Assembly (NCBI GenBank): GCA_017632495.1
Contig: JAGBRG010000016.1
Coordinates: 1 to 34,706, forward strand
From: Spirochaetales bacterium
GTDB lineage: Bacteria > Spirochaetota > Spirochaetia > Sphaerochaetales > Sphaerochaetaceae
Direction: 5' to 3'
DNA length: 34,706 bases
The notes under the pieces were generated by a model. That model ran no database searches. It was not told the origin of the DNA and worked only from the letters and a program-made list of their open reading frames with translations. Below, piece after piece: positions 33,380-34,706 of the stretch. Positions within the stretch are counted from its first letter, which is position 1, and each line of letters starts with the position of its first letter. A program made the translations under genes and the position numbers.

Positions 33380-34357
33380 TTATAACGGCATCCTCAGATA
33401 AACCATGTCCTTCAGTTGTCTGCCGCCCTCGAATATCGGGTGGTCATAGTTGTCAAGGATGAAGTTCTTTTCCACATGGTGCTGTACAAATCCGCAACTT
33501 TCATAGAAAGGCACCGTAATCGGGCTGTCGCCGGTGCCAACCTGCAGAATCGAGAAACTGTCCTTGCAGCGATCCGCCACGAAGCGAATCAATGACCGTC
33601 CGTAGCCTTTGCCCTGAAAATCAGGCCCAACCGCAAGGCTCTTGATCTCTGCGATGCCGTCTCCTTCATCAGTAACGACAGTCTCAGCCTTGGCAATACC
33701 ATTGTCCTCAACGACGAACAGCAATCCTCTTTCAAGATAGCGGTCGATCATGTTTTCCTGTTCATCTGCCAGCAGAAGAAGAGGCAGATATCTCTTTTTT
33801 TCGTTATCGACCCTTACGATCCTGTTCCAGATCCATTGATCTTTCGTCAGCAGGCTGACGTGTCCTTTCCTAGTCTCGCCCATTTGTGGAACAGGCGCAT
33901 CCTCAGTCGTCCATTGGTATCTGAATCCGAGCTTTTCCTGTACCCGTTTGGATTTCTCGTTTCCGTCGTAGTGGCCGCACCAGACCCGCGCAAGTTTCAG
34001 ATCCTCGAATGCATGGCGTAGCAGTTCCCGCGCTGCCTCCGGCACAAGACCGAATCCCCAATAAGGAACACCCAGCCAGTATCCCAGCTCTGCCTCGTCA
34101 TCCTTATCAGCAAGATCATTGTGGTGCAGACCGATACTGCCGATTGGAAGACCGGTTTTCTTCAGCACGATGGCATACGTCTCCGGCACCATCAGAACAT
34201 CCCGGATGACCTGACGGCTATCATCCACGCTGGTATGCACCGGCCATCCGGCAATCGGACCGACAAGAGGGTCTTTTGCGTATCGATAGCATTCTTCCGC
34301 ATCCGCTTCTGCCCACGGACGGAGAATAAGTTGTTCCGTTTCCAATGTCACGTTCAT
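33380..34357 (-). CDS. Tandem GNAT N-acetyltransferase (RimJ/RimL-like domain plus a second GNAT domain)
   Basis: N-terminal half: [18 protein letters not shown]...[13 protein letters not shown]...[13 protein letters not shown]-terminal half: [20 protein letters not shown]...FYESCGF (acetyl-CoA Q/R-x-x-G-x-G/A motif). Confidence 0.85.
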   Translation of the reverse strand: MNVTLETEQLILRPWAEADAEECYRYAKDPLVGPIAGWPVHTSVDDSRQVIRDVLMVPETYAIVLKKTGLPIGSIGLHHNDLADKDDEAELGYWLGVPYWGFGLVPEAARELLRHAFEDLKLARVWCGHYDGNEKSKRVQEKLGFRYQWTTEDAPVPQMGETRKGHVSLLTKDQWIWNRIVRVDNEKKRYLPLLLLADEQENMIDRYLERGLLFVVEDNGIAKAETVVTDEGDGIAEIKSLAVGPDFQGKGYGRSLIRFVADRCKDSFSILQVGTGDSPITVPFYESCGFVQHHVEKNFILDNYDHPIFEGGRQLKDMVYLRMPL

Positions 34358-34370
34358 AGCCTCCGTATAG

Positions 34371-34706
34371 CTATTGCTTCCTTACGGGATGCCGGATTAC
34401 TGTCTTGTTCTTGTCCGGAGCAACCTTCCTGGGGTCACTGAGATATATTTCGTGATGAAGTCTTGTATCAGAAAAATCAAGTTCATAACCCTGATTCTGA
34501 ATATATTTGTGCATCAACTCAACTGTTGCAGGCTCACTGTCATAAGAACCTATATGCATACACTGAACACAAAGGCCCTCCTCCATTGTCAGGAACTCCA
34601 CCTTTGAGAAATCTGTCTTTTTCTTTCGGGTTGCCTCTGCTACAGCCCAGTCAAAGTCTTTTTTTGTTACAAAATCTGGAAGTCTGATAACGGAGATCCA
34701 CCTGAA
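34371..34706 (-). CDS. GyrI-like small-molecule-binding domain protein; 5' end lies outside the window
   Basis: The frame stays open to the window edge: [59 protein letters not shown]...[11 protein letters not shown]. This pattern is typical of GyrI-like/effector-binding domains. Confidence 0.75.
   Translation of the reverse strand, partial: FRWISVIRLPDFVTKKDFDWAVAEATRKKKTDFSKVEFLTMEEGLCVQCMHIGSYDSEPATVELMHKYIQNQGYELDFSDTRLHHEIYLSDPRKVAPDKNKTVIRHPVRKQ

Noticed and set aside
1-34706. Mobile elements, CRISPR arrays, tRNA/rRNA genes, toxin-antitoxin or known phage-defence genes.
   Set aside because: No transposase, integrase or recombinase motifs, no regularly spaced direct repeats and no tRNA-like cloverleaf candidates were seen in the short intergenic regions. 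Nearly the whole window is occupied by the genes listed.

Overview
This is a bacterial chromosomal window. Gene content, GGAGG-type ribosome-binding sites and a lipobox lipoprotein suggest an anaerobic Firmicutes/Clostridia-like host, but the taxon cannot be verified here. nt 1-16366 is one tightly packed plus-strand Wzx/Wzy-type exopolysaccharide/capsule locus with many overlapping stop/start junctions. It holds the 3' end of the initiating sugar-phosphate transferase, six glycosyltransferases (two are tandem paralogues) and a hexapeptide O-acetyltransferase. It also holds two tandem Wzz/PCP-like proteins, the second ending in a catalytically dead GGDEF domain, plus a Wzy-like polymerase and a membrane-anchored metallophosphoesterase. 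The locus ends with an 865-aa acyltransferase-3::Wzx flippase fusion and a CAT/E2-fold acyltransferase. At its 3' border sits a 156-nt relic of an HD-GYP gene, followed on the minus strand by a translationally coupled sensor diguanylate cyclase and HExxH lipoprotein pair. Downstream are a ZIP metal transporter and a feoA-feoA-feoB-Cys-rich-peptide operon whose promoter carries palindromic DtxR-type operators, with a divergent short DtxR-family repressor. Next come msrA, an Isf-like flavoprotein, and a selenium-utilisation cluster (YedE-YedF-DUF3343-selD with a divergent NifS-like gene). The window ends with a YhfC-type protease, an odd sensor::Hpt protein, an M81 peptidase, an AlkD-like protein, an alpha/beta hydrolase, a double GNAT and a partial GyrI-like gene. 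I saw no rRNA, tRNA, CRISPR array, transposase or integrase. The best candidate for something undescribed is the c-di-GMP-flavoured polysaccharide machinery: the PCP::degenerate-GGDEF fusion, the AT3::Wzx fusion, and the cyclase plus dead HD-GYP at the locus border. All calls rest on motif recognition by eye; no database search was run.
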